NCBI GenBank assembly: GCA_965655095.1
Contig: OZ296654.1
Coordinates: 86,552,001 to 86,616,000 of the forward strand
DNA: 64,000 nt
Direction: 5' to 3'
Source of the DNA: Haplodiscus bocki
Taxonomy: Eukaryota
Part shown: positions 34,518 through 48,223 of the stretch, piece after piece
Position numbering within the stretch: position 1 is the first letter of the stretch
Layout: each line of letters starts with the position of its first letter
Position numbers and translations under genes: made by a program
Notes under the pieces: model-generated
Told to the model about the DNA's origin: nothing
What the model saw: only the letters and a program-made list of their open reading frames with translations
Databases searched by the model: none

Positions 34518-37212
34518 TTATTTTCCGTCAAAAAAAATTCGAGACAAAAAGTATCAATGCTGTGGTCGGAGTTTTATTCCTTTTCATCTCGCGCATGACG
34601 CGCAGACTTTCGTTATTTCGCATGATGCAGAGCAGAATAGCTGGTAATACAAAGATTTGGGTGTTGAGAAATGGTGAGTTCGAATCCCACAGTCACCCGT
34701 ATTTCTTAAATGTTGCGAAAAAAGTGAGAAAAAATGAGAGTTTTTAATTATAATGAAAAATTAACGTTAGATGTAATTAGATGATTTTTTTTCAGTCTTT
34801 GGTTATCGGTTACTTTCACTATCTTAGTTTTTTGGCTGAAAATTTTTTTACCCCGGGATATTTTGTCTTGAAACTTGACGCTCTGCAATCCCCACATTGA
34901 AGAAATATCAAAAATGGGCAAATTCTGTTGAATTTCCTCAATTATGCAGAAACACAAATCTTTATTCTTTCGTTTGGGGTCTCAATCGGGAACCTTTTAC
35001 TTGTGTAAGAGTCAATTTTTGAAAAATAACTGGTTTTTGCCTTGGATTACAATCCTCACAGTCCTAAAAATTCAAGAAAATCTATGATTTTTGGTTTTTC
35101 TCGTATTTCAAACTCAACCGTCTCAGAAACTAGTGGTTTGATGTCTTCCATCAAATTAACAATCAAAAACTTCGCAACTGTACAGGCGGATGCTGTGAAA
35201 GCAACCAATGACTTCGATTCTTGCATCAGAACAGTCCGAATTTTCCAAAAAAGCCATCAACATCGATTCATTTCGTTCTTTGAATTCATGTTTCTCCGAA
35301 AATTTGGGTTTTGTTCCTTTGGAAAACTTCTCAATCGAATCCCGCACCGTTATAAAAGGAGTTCATTTGAAGAAACAATGATTTCGATCGTTGCATTGAA
35401 ATCTTCATAGTCCCAAAGTTCCAAAAAGTTCTTTTAATTTTGATCTATCTCTGCTTTCGAACACGTAGTCCTCCGTAACGACAGTTTTGACCTCAACAAT
35501 TGAGGTCTCCCTAGATTTTTAATCCCAGTGGAAGACCATTCGTTGAGTAAGTCAATAGTTCTGATCCATGCATCGAAAACCTGATATTCCGAAAACGCCA
35601 AAAAGTGCTATTAAGATTGGTTCATCTCACTTTTCAAAGAAATTTTTATCAGTTTATACTAGTGTGATGTCTTCAATCAACGTCCGAATTGAAAACGTCC
35701 AAATTGTAGCAGTTCAAGAGGTTGAAAAATCTCAGACTTTTTTCCTTGCTCAGGAATCTTGATAGTCCGAAGCTTTCCGAAAAATTTGCATTTATTAATG
35801 ATTCATCAACTATATGTTAGATATCTTCCGTCAAAGTCTCAAAAGAAAAGTTTACACTAAAAAAGTAGGATTCGACTTCAAAGTTGCTTTAGGACAGGTT
35901 TGTTTCTTCCAGCAAAAACCTCAATCGAAGTTTGAAGCTTTTTCAGATGTAATCAATGAAAAACTTTTTGATTTCTTCCTTGCTCTGGAAATTTGATAGT
36001 CTGATGCTTCCAAAAGTGCTAATAAGTTTTATCGATCTCCCATTCCGACATGATTTTGCTTCCTAACAACAAGCATGATTTCTTGTATCGGTGTCTCAAT
36101 CGAACAACTTATACCTGTGGTGGAGAGTTCAATATAAAATCTTTCATTGTGTTCCTTGGAAAGAAGTTCTGATAGATCAAAAATTCCAAAAAGACCTACT
36201 AGTTTCACTTCGCCTGGAGGTATAAACTCTGTTTCTATGCAACAATCAGCCTAATTTCTATCATCAGGTTTTCAACGGACAGACTTTTGGTCTTAGATGA
36301 GTTTTGGGTCAAAAGGCATTGATTTTTTTCCTTTTGTTGGAATTTTCCTGGTTCGAAAATGTCAAACAACTGTGATTAGCTGTGAAACCTTTCCCATTTT
36401 CTAATTTATAGTTCTGCACAGCCACTGACTTAACTTCTTTCTTCAAGGTTTCCATTTGAAGTTTTCTTTTTCTGCTAGGCTCCTCAGTTTTGAAGTTGTT
36501 GATTTAGGTCTTTGCGCCGGAATCCTTATACTCCGACAGTGCCAAACTGCTTTTAAATTTTACTATTTTCATTTTAATACTCGTCTTTCTCCTTAACCAC
36601 AGGCTTGATATATTCAAAATGGAAGTCTCAATTGAAAGTCAAATTGTTTCATCCGTGAAATGTAACTTTGATGGAACAGACTTGCCATAAAGTGCTGCTG
36701 GTGTTGACATTCCTCGATATTTAAACTCAATTTTTTTTCAGTTCTACCTGCTTCATTTTCTTACCAAGGTGCCAATGGATAGCGGACTGTTCGTTTCCAA
36801 AATTCGTGGAAAAATATTCGTTGCGTCGGATTTGTGGTCTTGTTTGACATGAAGTGGCAAAATGTTATTTTGATATGTCTCGATATTCCAATTCGTCCTT
36901 CTGGAAAACTACCGTTTTGAATTTTTCTATCAAGGTTTGAATTGACGGTGATATAGCTTTAAATAATTTTCAGATGGAACAGTCTCTCGATATCTCCTTT
37001 AGATTGGAATGTTGATAGGTTGATTATGCGAAAAGGGCCAATTAGTATTCTTATTTTGTCGATTTTCAAACTCATACTTCTCTAAAGCTATCGATTTGAG
37101 CTCTTCGGGCAATGTCTCCATCGAGATGATTTCTGTCAGTATAATGTTTTCAAAAATGATTTTTTGTGTACGTTGTCGGAAAATATCGCAGTGCGACTGT
37201 GCCTTTTGTTTT
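34518..37212 (+). mobile_element. HINE-like element, copy C, with ~175-bp internal tandem array (~34900-37140)
   Basis: 5' subTIR TATTTTCCGTC (34519-34529); 3' GTCGGAAAATATCGCAGTGCGACTGTGCCTTTTGTTTT with a TCGCA/TGCGA hairpin; collinear inverted homology to 42146-44700. Confidence 0.7.
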
Positions 37213-38133
37213 GAATAGTCTTAAATCATAAATTAGAAGATAAATATTTTTATCACGATTTTGTTTTTGTTTCTTTTAATTTTGAAAATCTCAGAAGAAA
37301 TGTGGAACTAAATCCAGAGGACCTTTGAGAAATGAAATTAGAATTCTTTTCCCAAAAATATCTTCAGAAGGCCAAAAACATTTTTTGCGGGAATGGGAAA
37401 TGGAAAAGTTTCCTTGTAGAAATTAGTTAAAATGCTAGAAACGTTTAAAGAAGTCTGGTCGAAGCGGAGATGAGACCTAGCGTTTTGTAGCCCAAATCTC
37501 GTATTTTGTGATTTACCACTGGGCTAAACACAACAGTTTGGTCTTGATGAACTAAAGCGACAAGTGATTTGAGGATGTAACGCTATATTGGAGAAGTAGC
37601 TGAGAAAAAATGTTCACAGACTGATTTGAAGATTTTCCATGCATACTTTCATTACGATGGTAATTTAAGAATGTCCGAAGACTGAATTGAGGATTTTGTC
37701 TAGTTCTGTTCAGACGGAAAAGAACAATCGTTAATTACTGATTTGTTGACGAAATCCAACCAACATTTGTTCATGACACACCTTTAGACCACTGCGCATA
37801 TTTTTGAAAACCGCCGGAATGACTTGCTTAAATGCCCAGTCGATGCTCTGATGGGAAAATATGGAATTTGCCGAGGAAGGAACACAAAGCTTATTAATCT
37901 TGGACCTCAGGCAAGATAATTTGAGATAACTTGGAAATCGCCCCGTGGTCCAAAAAAGCTTTGGCGCGTAGCATCATCATACAATCATAAACATATAGGG
38001 TCATGGTTATTAGAGGTCAATATTTCAACCACCCGGATCGTTGTGAGTGAAAATTGAGCTGTGAACTGCCGGCTTTACCTCTTGGCAAATTTATTGATAG
38101 TCCAGTGCAGCAGATCATGGTAGGCTCGCCAAG

Positions 38134-38250
38134 CTACAGGGATATTTTTGCCAAGATCATGGCTAGATCTTGGTAAAAACTTCCCATGGCCATCATTTTC
38201 AAGCGTCTTGCCAAGTCCACCAAGATTTCAGGCATGAGAAAATAGTTTTT
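38134..38250. repeat. Short MITE-like insert with CAAGATC/TTGCCAAG units
   Basis: Repeated GCCAAGATCATGG / AGATCTTGG / TCTTGCCAAG motifs. Confidence 0.4.
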
Positions 38251-38327
38251 TTGCAGACAGCTTTGCAACGATATGAAAATTTCGCGACCCCAAACCCAAA
38301 GATCTTCTGATTCCCTTTTCGGAAAAT

Positions 38328-38620
38328 TTAGATACAGAAGGCACAAACCACATCCGTTACATTGGGCTGTTCTTCAAAATCAAAGCTGCTGAATGCAATA
38401 TAAACTTCCGCGACTCTTCGATAAAGTTGTTCGAACATCAACAACCTACGTGGCGCACGCGGATCAGTTACATGAAAAGGCTCTCCAACCAAAATAATTT
38501 GAAACATTTTGAAGTTCACCTGTTTATAATGCTGCTGATTACTCTGAAATTTTCGTGAAACTATCGAATTATGGGCCTGGCCCTTTTTCCATCTTGAAAA
38601 ACTCTACTACTCTACTACAG
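38328..38620 (-). pseudogene. Gypsy RNase H C-terminal fragment
   Basis: ILVGEPFHVTDPRAPRRL...RRVAEVYIAFSSFDF matches YL.G.PF...TDH.AL..L......ARW...L..FDF. Confidence 0.6.
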
Positions 38621-39684
38621 TTCCAGTAAAATTTATAACAAAATCACTCATAAATTTGTATCATATATTTCTTGTTTTTGATCTATCTGATATTCCCCTA
38701 AAAAGTGCGAAACTCATAAATACTTCATATAAATCCTTTGCACCATTCGGTTACACTTGTATAAACTTCCTGCTGAGTGATACATGTTATTGAACGTGTG
38801 TTCTTTAATAATCTAATAGGGTGAATCGTTGATGAATATGGCCACAAAAACAGTCTGCAAATATAGAAAGTGAAACGTTCGAAGGTGGAGTGTAGATATG
38901 CATCGTAGTTGGTCTACAACTTTAGGATTCCGCGGGATTTAAACAATAGATTGCAAACCAAGTTTTTATTATTGTTAAGGAACGGTTTGCAAAATATATT
39001 TAATTCTGATCAATCTGCTTGGTATTTCATACACAAGACAAACGTGACTTCGAATACTCGAATATACATATGAACTGCATTGCATAGTGGCTAATATTAA
39101 ACTCCAGGAGCATGTTCCCAAAAATTTCTAACTTTGGCAAAATGGAAAAAATAATAATAGGCTCTATTTTTTGCTTTTTGTTTTGAAATTCACCTCAATT
39201 CTTTTTGGATTCACAGAGTTCATTCAACGATTTCAGTTCAAATCCTTCCTTAAGATTGTCTTTTTTTGCTTTTGAAATGCGTTACGCCCATTTTCATACA
39301 TTTTTACTTGAAAGAGAAAAGTCTCAATAGTGTGCACAATTCTTATCATAGAATACCAATTTTTCATCTTGAAGAGTGAATTCCCGCAGAAACCATTTTC
39401 TGTTTTTATCTACAATGCTTCCATTTAAAGTCCATTTTCAGTGCTTGCAGTAAGTCGTCAAAATTGAACTTTAGTTACGTTTCGAAGTACATCAGTTTAC
39501 TCTACAAGAAACATGCTTACAAGACGCAGGTCTCTGAAATATCAAAAAATTAAGAAATCCTCAAGAAACAAGTACCCCCAAAACTTAAATTGAATTTGAC
39601 CAAAACTAGTATTGGTATTCAATCAATAATCTATCAGGGACATTGCGTTCAGGTACTAATTCAAATCTTATTGATTGTTTAATT

Positions 39685-40200
39685 AACAAGACGGCCGGCT
39701 ACCACCGGCATAATTCCCACCCACCAATTTTGTTACAGATGTCCTTTGAAAGGCCGAAAACGTTTTTTTTAAATACTCTCTTTCTTCATCATATTTTCTA
39801 ATTTCTCCAAACATAAAAATTTTCTATTTTTTTCGCCGAAAAAAATCTAACAATTAAGGTGGAAAAGACATTTCAAGAAATTCTATTAATTGATAGGCAT
39901 TCTGCAGCAAGGTTGTTACCTTTAGCGATTTTGAAAAAATATCAGTTTTTTTCGAAAAAACCCATCTTTTTTTCAAAAAAGATCCAAACTTTGAACGTTT
40001 TGAGAAAGTTTACTTTTTCAGCCACATTCTACAGGAAAAATGTTACAATTTGCTGAAAACAATTCACAGAGCAGAAAGTGTCCGAAACAGTCGAAATCGA
40101 ACAATATAAATTGGCAAACAGCGTAAAAAGACGTCAGACTTCACCGTTTTGACTGGGTGATTTTCCATCCATATTATGAATATGAACGTAAACTAATAAT
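39685..40200 (-). mobile_element. Short HINE-like element, copy D
   Basis: Minus-strand 3' end GCCGG-TGGTAG-CCGGC hairpin followed by CGTCTTGTT; degenerate hairpin TTTTCCATCCATATT-ATG-AATATGAACGTAAA at the other end (~40162-40193). Confidence 0.55.
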
Positions 40201-40633
40201 CAATTTTTGAATCTGTAAACTTAGCTTTCTGATCCTTGTGAGCTCAAACATGATACTCTCATTTGTAGTCGTTCATGCACAAATGCGAACATGACCATTC
40301 ATTATTAACGCGTCGTTTGAACTTTCAAGAAAACCATTTGGAAACATTTGGCGTCAAAGTTCCAAAAATAGGAACAATTTGATGCCAATATAGGAGTAAC
40401 ATTAGGAATAACGACATAACAATTTGAACAAAAGTTTTTTCTGAAAAAAATGGGTACAGTACGTTTCTCAGTAATGTATTCTCTCAGGATAATTTCTGGT
40501 ACCCCCACCAGTAGTAACGACAATTTTATCTCCCCTCTCTTAACGCTGAAACTAATTCTTCTCCGGTTGGCTAAAATTCACTCACCCATGAGTTAAATCA
40601 GTAGGCCGTCTAATTTTTCCCATATCCACTTTA

Positions 40634-40641
40634 GTGTGTGT

Positions 40642-40673
<32 letters not shown>
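40634..40673. repeat. (GT)n microsatellite
   Basis: Directly visible GT run with one interruption, followed by G-tracts. Confidence 0.95.
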
Positions 40674-40674
<1 letters not shown>

Positions 40675-42145
40675 TGGGGGAGGGGGAGGGTGTTAAATCA
40701 GTGGGGAGTTAAATTCATTTCTTTCCGATCAAAAACAGATGAAGTCATCTTTTTCACTGATGCTGTCATTTTTGGATATACTAATTTCTTATCATACACT
40801 AGCCAACATATGTAACCATTCTTCCAATTTTGGTGAAACTCCTTCAAAATTTTCAAATCCATCATTTTTCCGAGAACTGAAATTGTGAATAGCAGTGGAG
40901 CAAAAACTGCATTGAATTCTCAGTCTCCATGTTCCAACGGAGGGAATGGCGAGTATTTTTAGTTTTTGTTTCTCCTCTGCTCACGAATTTATCAAATTCA
41001 AATTATTTAGATGAGATCAATAACTAAAGGCAACAGAAAAGTCTTTCGATATTTTTCCAAAAATAATGAAAATTTTGATTTTGACAACTTCAAAAAATGA
41101 TCAAATGCATTTGAAAATTATGATAACTTCTCAAATAATTGGATCATGTTACTTATATCTCCCAGAACGCGTTAGGGGGAAATATCTAATAAGATCAGCA
41201 AAACATCCAATTAATGTTGAAATTCCAATAGACTGCCGTTTTATGTCAATATAAGTTGACAGAAGTAATTTTTACTGTCAATATTATGCTTTGTAAGCTA
41301 ACTTCCATGTTTAATATGAATTGAATATTGCATTCAAATACTTTCATCTACTATTGTTTTTTACTCCGTCCTAGCAACCTGAAACGACTTTGCTGTACAG
41401 AAGTAACAAGATCATGATTGTGAAAATTTTCAAGATCTCTTCTGTTAAATCGACCCACCGATTCAAATCCCCCAGACCATAATGCATATGAGAAATGATA
41501 AGTGGCACTATGATTCAACTCACGCGCGATCGAATATCAACCAATCAGTGAAAAATTCGCTTCCGCGTGGGGGTAGTTAATTTTTTCGTTACTACTGGTG
41601 GGGGGAGATAACAAAACGATTTGACTTTTACAAACATTGCTAAAGAATTTCCACTTTTCAACAACTGAATAACATTAACTGGGGAGATCTGAGTAACTTG
41701 GTTCCATTGGGGGATGTAACTATATGTAACATGGTCCGCCTAGTTTTATATTGAAAGCACCAATGGAAACGGTTCGAAATTTTGAGAAATTTTTGTTTGT
41801 ACAAGTTTTTTTCAAACGTTAGAACTTGTCTACGAAATTTGGACTTGAACATTGACTCATACTGGAAATTTACTGACGATTCCTTTCGTGTTCGTCGACT
41901 AGTATATTCTGGTAAAATAAAATTACGCTACCAAAAATTAGCACGTCCAAAAAAGAAAACGCAAGTTGGTGTTGTACTGAAAATCATTTATGAAATTGGA
42001 AACTGAGAATAATTTCTCAATCAATTTTTTGAAAATTAATTCAGCAATGGAACGTTTAAAATTAACTGTGAGAAATTGATTTACTAAAAATTCAACCGCG
42101 TAGCTCCAAAAAAGCAAATGGAAGACTCTTGTCATTACAATAACG

Positions 42146-44800
42146 AAACAAGAGACGCAGTCGCATAGCGATATTTTCCGTCTATGTAGCGGATAAAGAA
42201 TTGGTCGAACAAACAACAAATATTTTTCATACATGAGCCAAATATGACCAACAAGATCTCAATAGAGATCTTGTTGAACGAATTCACGCCGATTGCTTCA
42301 GAGATTAATCAGTTTGAAAATCGACATACTAAGAACATCAATTGAACCTTTTTGCATGTTCAGCTCATCAACATTCCAATCTAAGGGAAACAGTCAGAAC
42401 TTGTTCCATCGAAGCAACATTCAAAAAGATGTCTCCACCAATTTACAACTTGATAGACGATTTCAAAAAAGTTGTTTTCAAGAAGGTTGAGTTGGAAGAA
42501 CAAGATAAGTCAACACTAATAAAACTTTTGCCATATTTGGTCAATCAGGACACCAAGTCCAATTTAAAAGGCAATTTTCATGTTTTGCAGGAATGAGCAG
42601 TCTGCTTCAAGTAAAATAACTATCGATTGACACGTTGAAGTGAAAATGAAGGAGGCAGAGCTGAAGAAAAATGAGATTGATTATCGAAGCATGTCAAGAC
42701 CAACAGCACTTTTTGACATTTCTGGTCATTCAGAATTCCACTGAATGAAAGAGAAAAAAACTTTTTCTTGGAATTATGTAGAACAAATAGAAAACTAAAG
42801 ACTGAGACATTGAAGAAAGAAATCAAGTCAGTATTTTTGGAAGAAAACGAGTTTGAAACTCGAGATGAGTCCGGATTGTCAGATTAAAAGATCTTCTGGC
42901 GATATCAATTCCACGATTTCAATTCAGTATCAGAAGTGATAGTGTTTTGCCCAAAATTCCTCCGAGAGCAGAGACTTTTCGATTGCGACCTTTGGTGGAA
43001 TAAATTAAGCCTGTCGTAATGGAAATACATGAGTTTGAATGAAGAAATTTTTCATAATTTGGAGTTTTTTGGCATTCTCGGACTATAAGGATTGAGACAC
43101 AAGGAAAGAATTCAAGAAAAATAAGATCGGTTTTGGCTAGCAAAGAAATCAAAGATTGAGATCTTGAAGCTAGAAATCAAGTCAGTGGTTATGGAAGACT
43201 AGTAGTTAGAGTCAATAAAAAACTTGTCTAACTCATTAGCAGTTTTCTGGCAATCCTGAACTAACAATATTCCAGCACAGGAAACAAAATAGTTGTTTTT
43301 AGCAACCAAATTATCTCTACAGGTAAAAGTCCACTGGTTTTGGACTTTCTTGAAAGAAATTAGACTGGTAGTTACAGAAAAAAGAGTGTTTCTATTTGAA
43401 TCGAAACTAATAGCGCAATTTGGAGTTTTCTTACAATGGCAATTCTAATTCAGGGAACACCGAAAAGAACTTCCAAATCTAACTCTCCTCCAGTAGTAAT
43501 AAGGGTTCAACTGAGACCTTGACGGAAAAAATAGGCCTGTAGTTACAAAGAATTATTAGATTGAATAAGGACATGAATCAAAATTGTTCGCACACTTGGA
43601 TTCTTTGGACAATGAAAATTCTGAGGCAGAGATTCAACGAATTAGTATCTCGTTGAATAAAACTGCAACAGCCTCAAGTTTTCGATTTAGAATTTGCTGG
43701 AAAAAAATAGGTCTACAGTGTAGAGAAACATGAGATTGAATACCGACATAAGTCAATAAAAAAACTCTCCATTTTTGCGAGTGTGCATAAATTGATGGAA
43801 AAAACCAGCTGACCGAATTTTGATTTGGATCCTCTTCTCTTAGTTTATGGATGCTGATTGTGACCTTCATGAAGGAAATCAAACCTGCAATTACGGAGAA
43901 ACTCCATTTCGATAATCGAGTTGAATCATTTTTGATATCCACTTTCTGGAACTTTCGCACTCTGAAGATTTTGACGCAAGGATCAATATCAAAGGTTTTC
44001 CAACGAATTCTCCTTTACCGGAGTAAGGTTTTCAATTGAGATTTTTGTGGAAGAAATAAACTTGTATTTATAGAGAAATATGAGACTGAATATCGACAAG
44101 AGTCAAAAACTAAAAAAGAAATTGCTTCTTGGGAGTGTCCGGATTTAGATGCAAAAAACCAGCCGACAGAAATTTGAATTGAATTGTTTTTTAGATGCAA
44201 GGTTACCGTTTGTGACCCTCAAGAAGGAAATCAAACCTGTGGTTAAGGAGAAACACCATTTCGATAATCGAGTTGAATCATTTTTATAACAACTTTCTGG
44301 AATTTTTGGACTAACATGATTTCGATGCAAGGATCAATATCAATGGTTTCTCAATCGAATCCGCCTCTACAAGAGTAAGGTTTTCAATTGAGATTTTGAT
44401 TGATGAACTCAAGCCTGTAGTTTCAGAGAAAAGTCAATTTTAATAACGAGATATACCAATAACGATTGCATTTTTCAGAATTTTCGGACTTCAGGGATTG
44501 TGACGCAAGACATAAAACCACCGGTTTTTCAAAGTAGTACTCTTTTACAGGTGGAACGTTTTCTGATTGAGATTGGAATGAAAGGTTTGAGCATTGTATT
44601 CTTGGAGAAAACTGAGTTGCAACATAGTGGAAATTCAATAATTGAGCTTTTCGGTATTCCCTCAATCTGGGAATCACAGAATTACGTGTTCGAAAAAAAA
44701 TCGCAATGTCTGACCCCGGAGAAACTACGGTAGTGAAAAAAAACTTTCTAAATTTACCTCAGATATTGGATAACTTATGAAATCTTTGTCTAAACGATTT
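42146..44800 (-). mobile_element. HINE-like element, copy E, with ~175-bp tandem array
   Basis: Begins AAACAAGAGACGCAGTCGCATAGCGATATTTTCCGTC (hairpin plus subTIR). Monomer marker TTCAATTGAGAT-like recurs at ~43505, 43680, 44030, 44383 and 44560. The far end is not resolved. Confidence 0.7.
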
Positions 44801-46213
44801 ACCGCATCCATTACCAAGAGTGTTGGGTAAAGACTGGTAATTTCATCCCTACTTGCAAAAATCAGTTTGAAAGTTTCAATTTCGATGGCTGCGTTACTTT
44901 TTTTTCAGCAGTATATTCAAAAACAAGCTCGAGTTCGCTGGGGCTTGTTGGCAAACTACGTTGAGAATGCTTTTATAAGCAAGAAACAGAAAAGTGTGAA
45001 TGAAACATGAAGAAACAACGTGACTTCCTCCTTTGCAGCTTCACAAAAAGAAACATTAGCGGCAATTTAAAATTCGGTCATGTTAGTAGATTATAGCGTG
45101 ATCAAAAAACAGTGACTGAACGAAAAGCTAACTGACTGCCTGACTTGAAATTGACTGCAACTACCTACCAAGGAATTGACGTTAATCTAATCAGCTACTT
45201 TGAAGTCTAAAACGATAAACAACGCAGCAGTAACACTTCAGCAAAATGCTTTCCTTGATGACAGAGTATATTATTATTGCCAAGTAATGTTGTAAAAATA
45301 GTATTACTAAATTTTAGTAAACCTTCAATGATACAAGCTTCTACGATGAGTGCAATGGCAAATGACGTTCGCGCTTTCCATATCTCTGCAGAAACGGTTC
45401 TCTAAAAAAATAAACACCTCATTCACGTTTAAATGTTTGTTTCAAAACAGAAGAAAGCAGCAGTATTTACTTGACATATCTAGTTGAAACATTACCTTAC
45501 CAACATGCAATTATGAGTGTCAAAAAGTGTCTGAAAAAAACAACTACTCGCGTTCAAAATTTTACGGGCGAAAATTTTACTCCAAAACCCATGACAATTT
45601 TTCGACTTCAATCAGTTAAGCCCTTGTCACTGAAAATGAAAGGTCAAAGTATGGCAATGCTACCAGTTGAAGCCACAAAGTGAATCATGATAGCAAATTT
45701 ATTTTTTACCAATTGAGGAAAATGGTGAAGAAATTTGAACACAGTTGGTATGAGAAAAAAATAGTATGAGCAAAAAAAGGGGCTGCAACAAAGACTTGTA
45801 GTTGTACGAAAAGTTCTAAGTATATAAAAATTTTTGCGATTTAATTCGCTGAAAACCGTCCACAGAACAAGTGGTTTGAATCTAAAGAAGTTTTTGTAAA
45901 ACTCTGGACAAACAATACTTAATATTTACTATCACATAGTAAAAGCTCATAAGTACAAAAGGGTACTATTTGTAGAGTTTGTCAGTAGCCTCAGAGTAAT
46001 TTTCAATCACCATACATGTTTTTTTCATTTGGACGTGAGTACAGTTTGGTCGTGTTCTGAAAAAAGGACTCTTGTGAAACAATTTATAACTTTTCCGTCT
46101 CATGTGTTACTACAAACATTTGCTACAACTTTTGCGACCATCTGGAGCTAGTTTTTAAAAAAACTCTGATCTGGGATTGGTTAATTGGGTTTCGGAGAGA
46201 TCAGATTGAGTAA

Positions 46214-46370
46214 ATGGACCACACTGCAGATCTACTTTTCTCTCAGGACCTTCTCCGTGTTCCGAAACAGGATGTGAACAGGGTGCTGCACCTAACATGT
46301 GCCATATTCTATCTCTACCTGGGTTACTTTGACTGGACTAAACTCAACTGGCCAGACAGACCACTCGCAG
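46214..46370 (+). CDS. Host gene, coding exon 1: AIG1/ADTRP (FAR-17a) family membrane hydrolase-like protein
   Basis: MDHTADLL...RVLHLTCAIFYLYLGYFDWTKLNWPDRPLA-G|GTAC, a phase-1 donor. GC content and codon use differ from the surrounding TE debris. Joins in frame to 56565. Confidence 0.7.
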
Positions 46371-47647
46371 GTACAATTAGACAAATATGGTGTCTTTTAG
46401 GCAACTGTTATTTGGACTCTTCGCCAAAGTTTAAGGAGTTTTTACTCAACTTTTAATTGATAAACTTCAATCACAGGCTTTTTGAAGTTCAAACCCGTCA
46501 AAATGGCGGCTGTGTAACGAAAAGCTAAAACCAAAGTTCATTAGACTCTTCTAGTTTTGTCATCATATTCAACTAATCATCGAATTTGATGGGGAAAAAT
46601 TAAGATATGACATCATACACAGAACGCTGTTGGAACTTGAAGCTTGTTTTGAGATCGAGAATACTTTTTCAATTATGTTAACTGTGTAAAAATCTGAAAT
46701 GATGTGCCCTGCTGGAATTGCCACAAATTAGTTTAACCCAACTTCCTTTTGGTCGAAAATATCAATGCTTAAAATCTGTAATTGTGATTTCGTTGAAGTA
46801 AAAAAATATCAAAGACTTGGATGGTTGAGAAAAACTATTTTTCTGTATTTTTTCAATAAGTCTTTTGGAACAAGAAAATAGATCTGGTATATCTACTTGG
46901 TGTTTCACTAGGAATAAAATCCGACAATTTCTCTTTTCGCTGCCAAGCTCAACGAGGTCTTTACAATTCTCACTTGTTACTTAAGCGTCCTATTTTTTTC
47001 AAAAGTTGGTGGACAAACAATGTGATGTTCAACCGAACTTGATCGTATTTCTGATGCACTTTTTGTAAGAATGTTAGTTTTTAACAAATTGAGCTTTGTT
47101 TTGAAGACAAAAAAACTGAAAAATTTTGGGGAGTCACACCTAACACTTCGCCAAAACAGGGAATCAATGAAAATCAGCGAAAACAGAAACGCTATTCTCT
47201 CAAAAACTCAATGTGTTGAAAGAAAATACGAAAACATGAAGGTATGTTTAATAGAAAATTAATTTTATGGCGAAATAAAAATTCATTGGGCAAAATTTTC
47301 AATTTAAAAGTTCAAAAAATGACAAGGCGTTTATAAGGTTCACGGTAGGTCAGATTTGATCCTCATTAGAAAGGAAACTAGCACACGACGCATGATGTTT
47401 TCAATCAAGTTGCAAAAATCGAACGTTCTGTAAATTTTTGTTGTGGACGTTTTAATGCTGATATAGGTATTTGTGTTGGAATGAGGTGAGATTTGATGTT
47501 TCAGGCCTTCTGGATAATCAAGGCTGCATTTTAAAAGTATTTGTTTGGTTGATGGGAATAGCAACAATGGCGTAAATTTGGGGAATCTCAGGGCCCATGG
47601 GCACCGGAGGGATAGTTGGAGAGTATAAAGTTATAATAAATGGGTTT

Positions 47648-48223
47648 CTAAAAAAGAATTGCGTACACATTAGGTCGATTGACGATAAAGCTGGCCTTTT
47701 GATAAATATGATGTTTGATTGCCACCTTTGGATGAGAGAAGGCGTCGGTACATCTTGTGAGCAGCGTGTCAAGAAAAGACAGAGAAGGAGAAGAAATGCC
47801 GCTGGACGTCCTCAAAGCAATTGCTTGGAATGCAGTTTCAGCTTCATGCCTGTTGTCTTCGTGTGCGGATATTCGCACTGGTAGCAGCTGTGCCATTATT
47901 TCAGATGATCTCGAAGCAAGCGAAACCCTTAAAGGAAAAGTGACCCTGACATCTATTACAAGGGATCTACCACAGGTCCAATTTTGTAATAAGGTGTCGG
48001 TAGGGCAACGATGAGAGTTTGCTAAGAACGAGGTTGGCGTGGGCACCAAATTTGCGAATCTTGAGCTCTGGTAATCAAGGTTGCGCAAAACATTGCGCCG
48101 TAATATTTTTTACCATATCCCAAACAAATGACTAAATGGTCATCATACATGATCAACAATTGCAATCCACATTGAGGACAGAACTCAGCCACTGAAGTTA
48201 CAGGAAATCCTATGTGACAACAA
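47648..48223 (-). mobile_element. 3' part of a CRE-clade (restriction-like endonuclease) non-LTR retrotransposon
   Basis: CPQCG....YDDHLVIC zinc knuckle; RCPTDTLLQNWTCGRSLVIDVRVTFPL (RP.D.....W..G....DV.V..PL); FQAIALRTSSGIS...FLDTL; IYQKASFIVNRPNVYAIL. Confidence 0.8.

Noticed and set aside
34900-37140. ~175-bp repeats as a coding repeat protein (for example LRR or ankyrin)
   Set aside because: No frame stays open across units, unit lengths vary by non-multiples of three, and the array is bounded by HINE-type ends.
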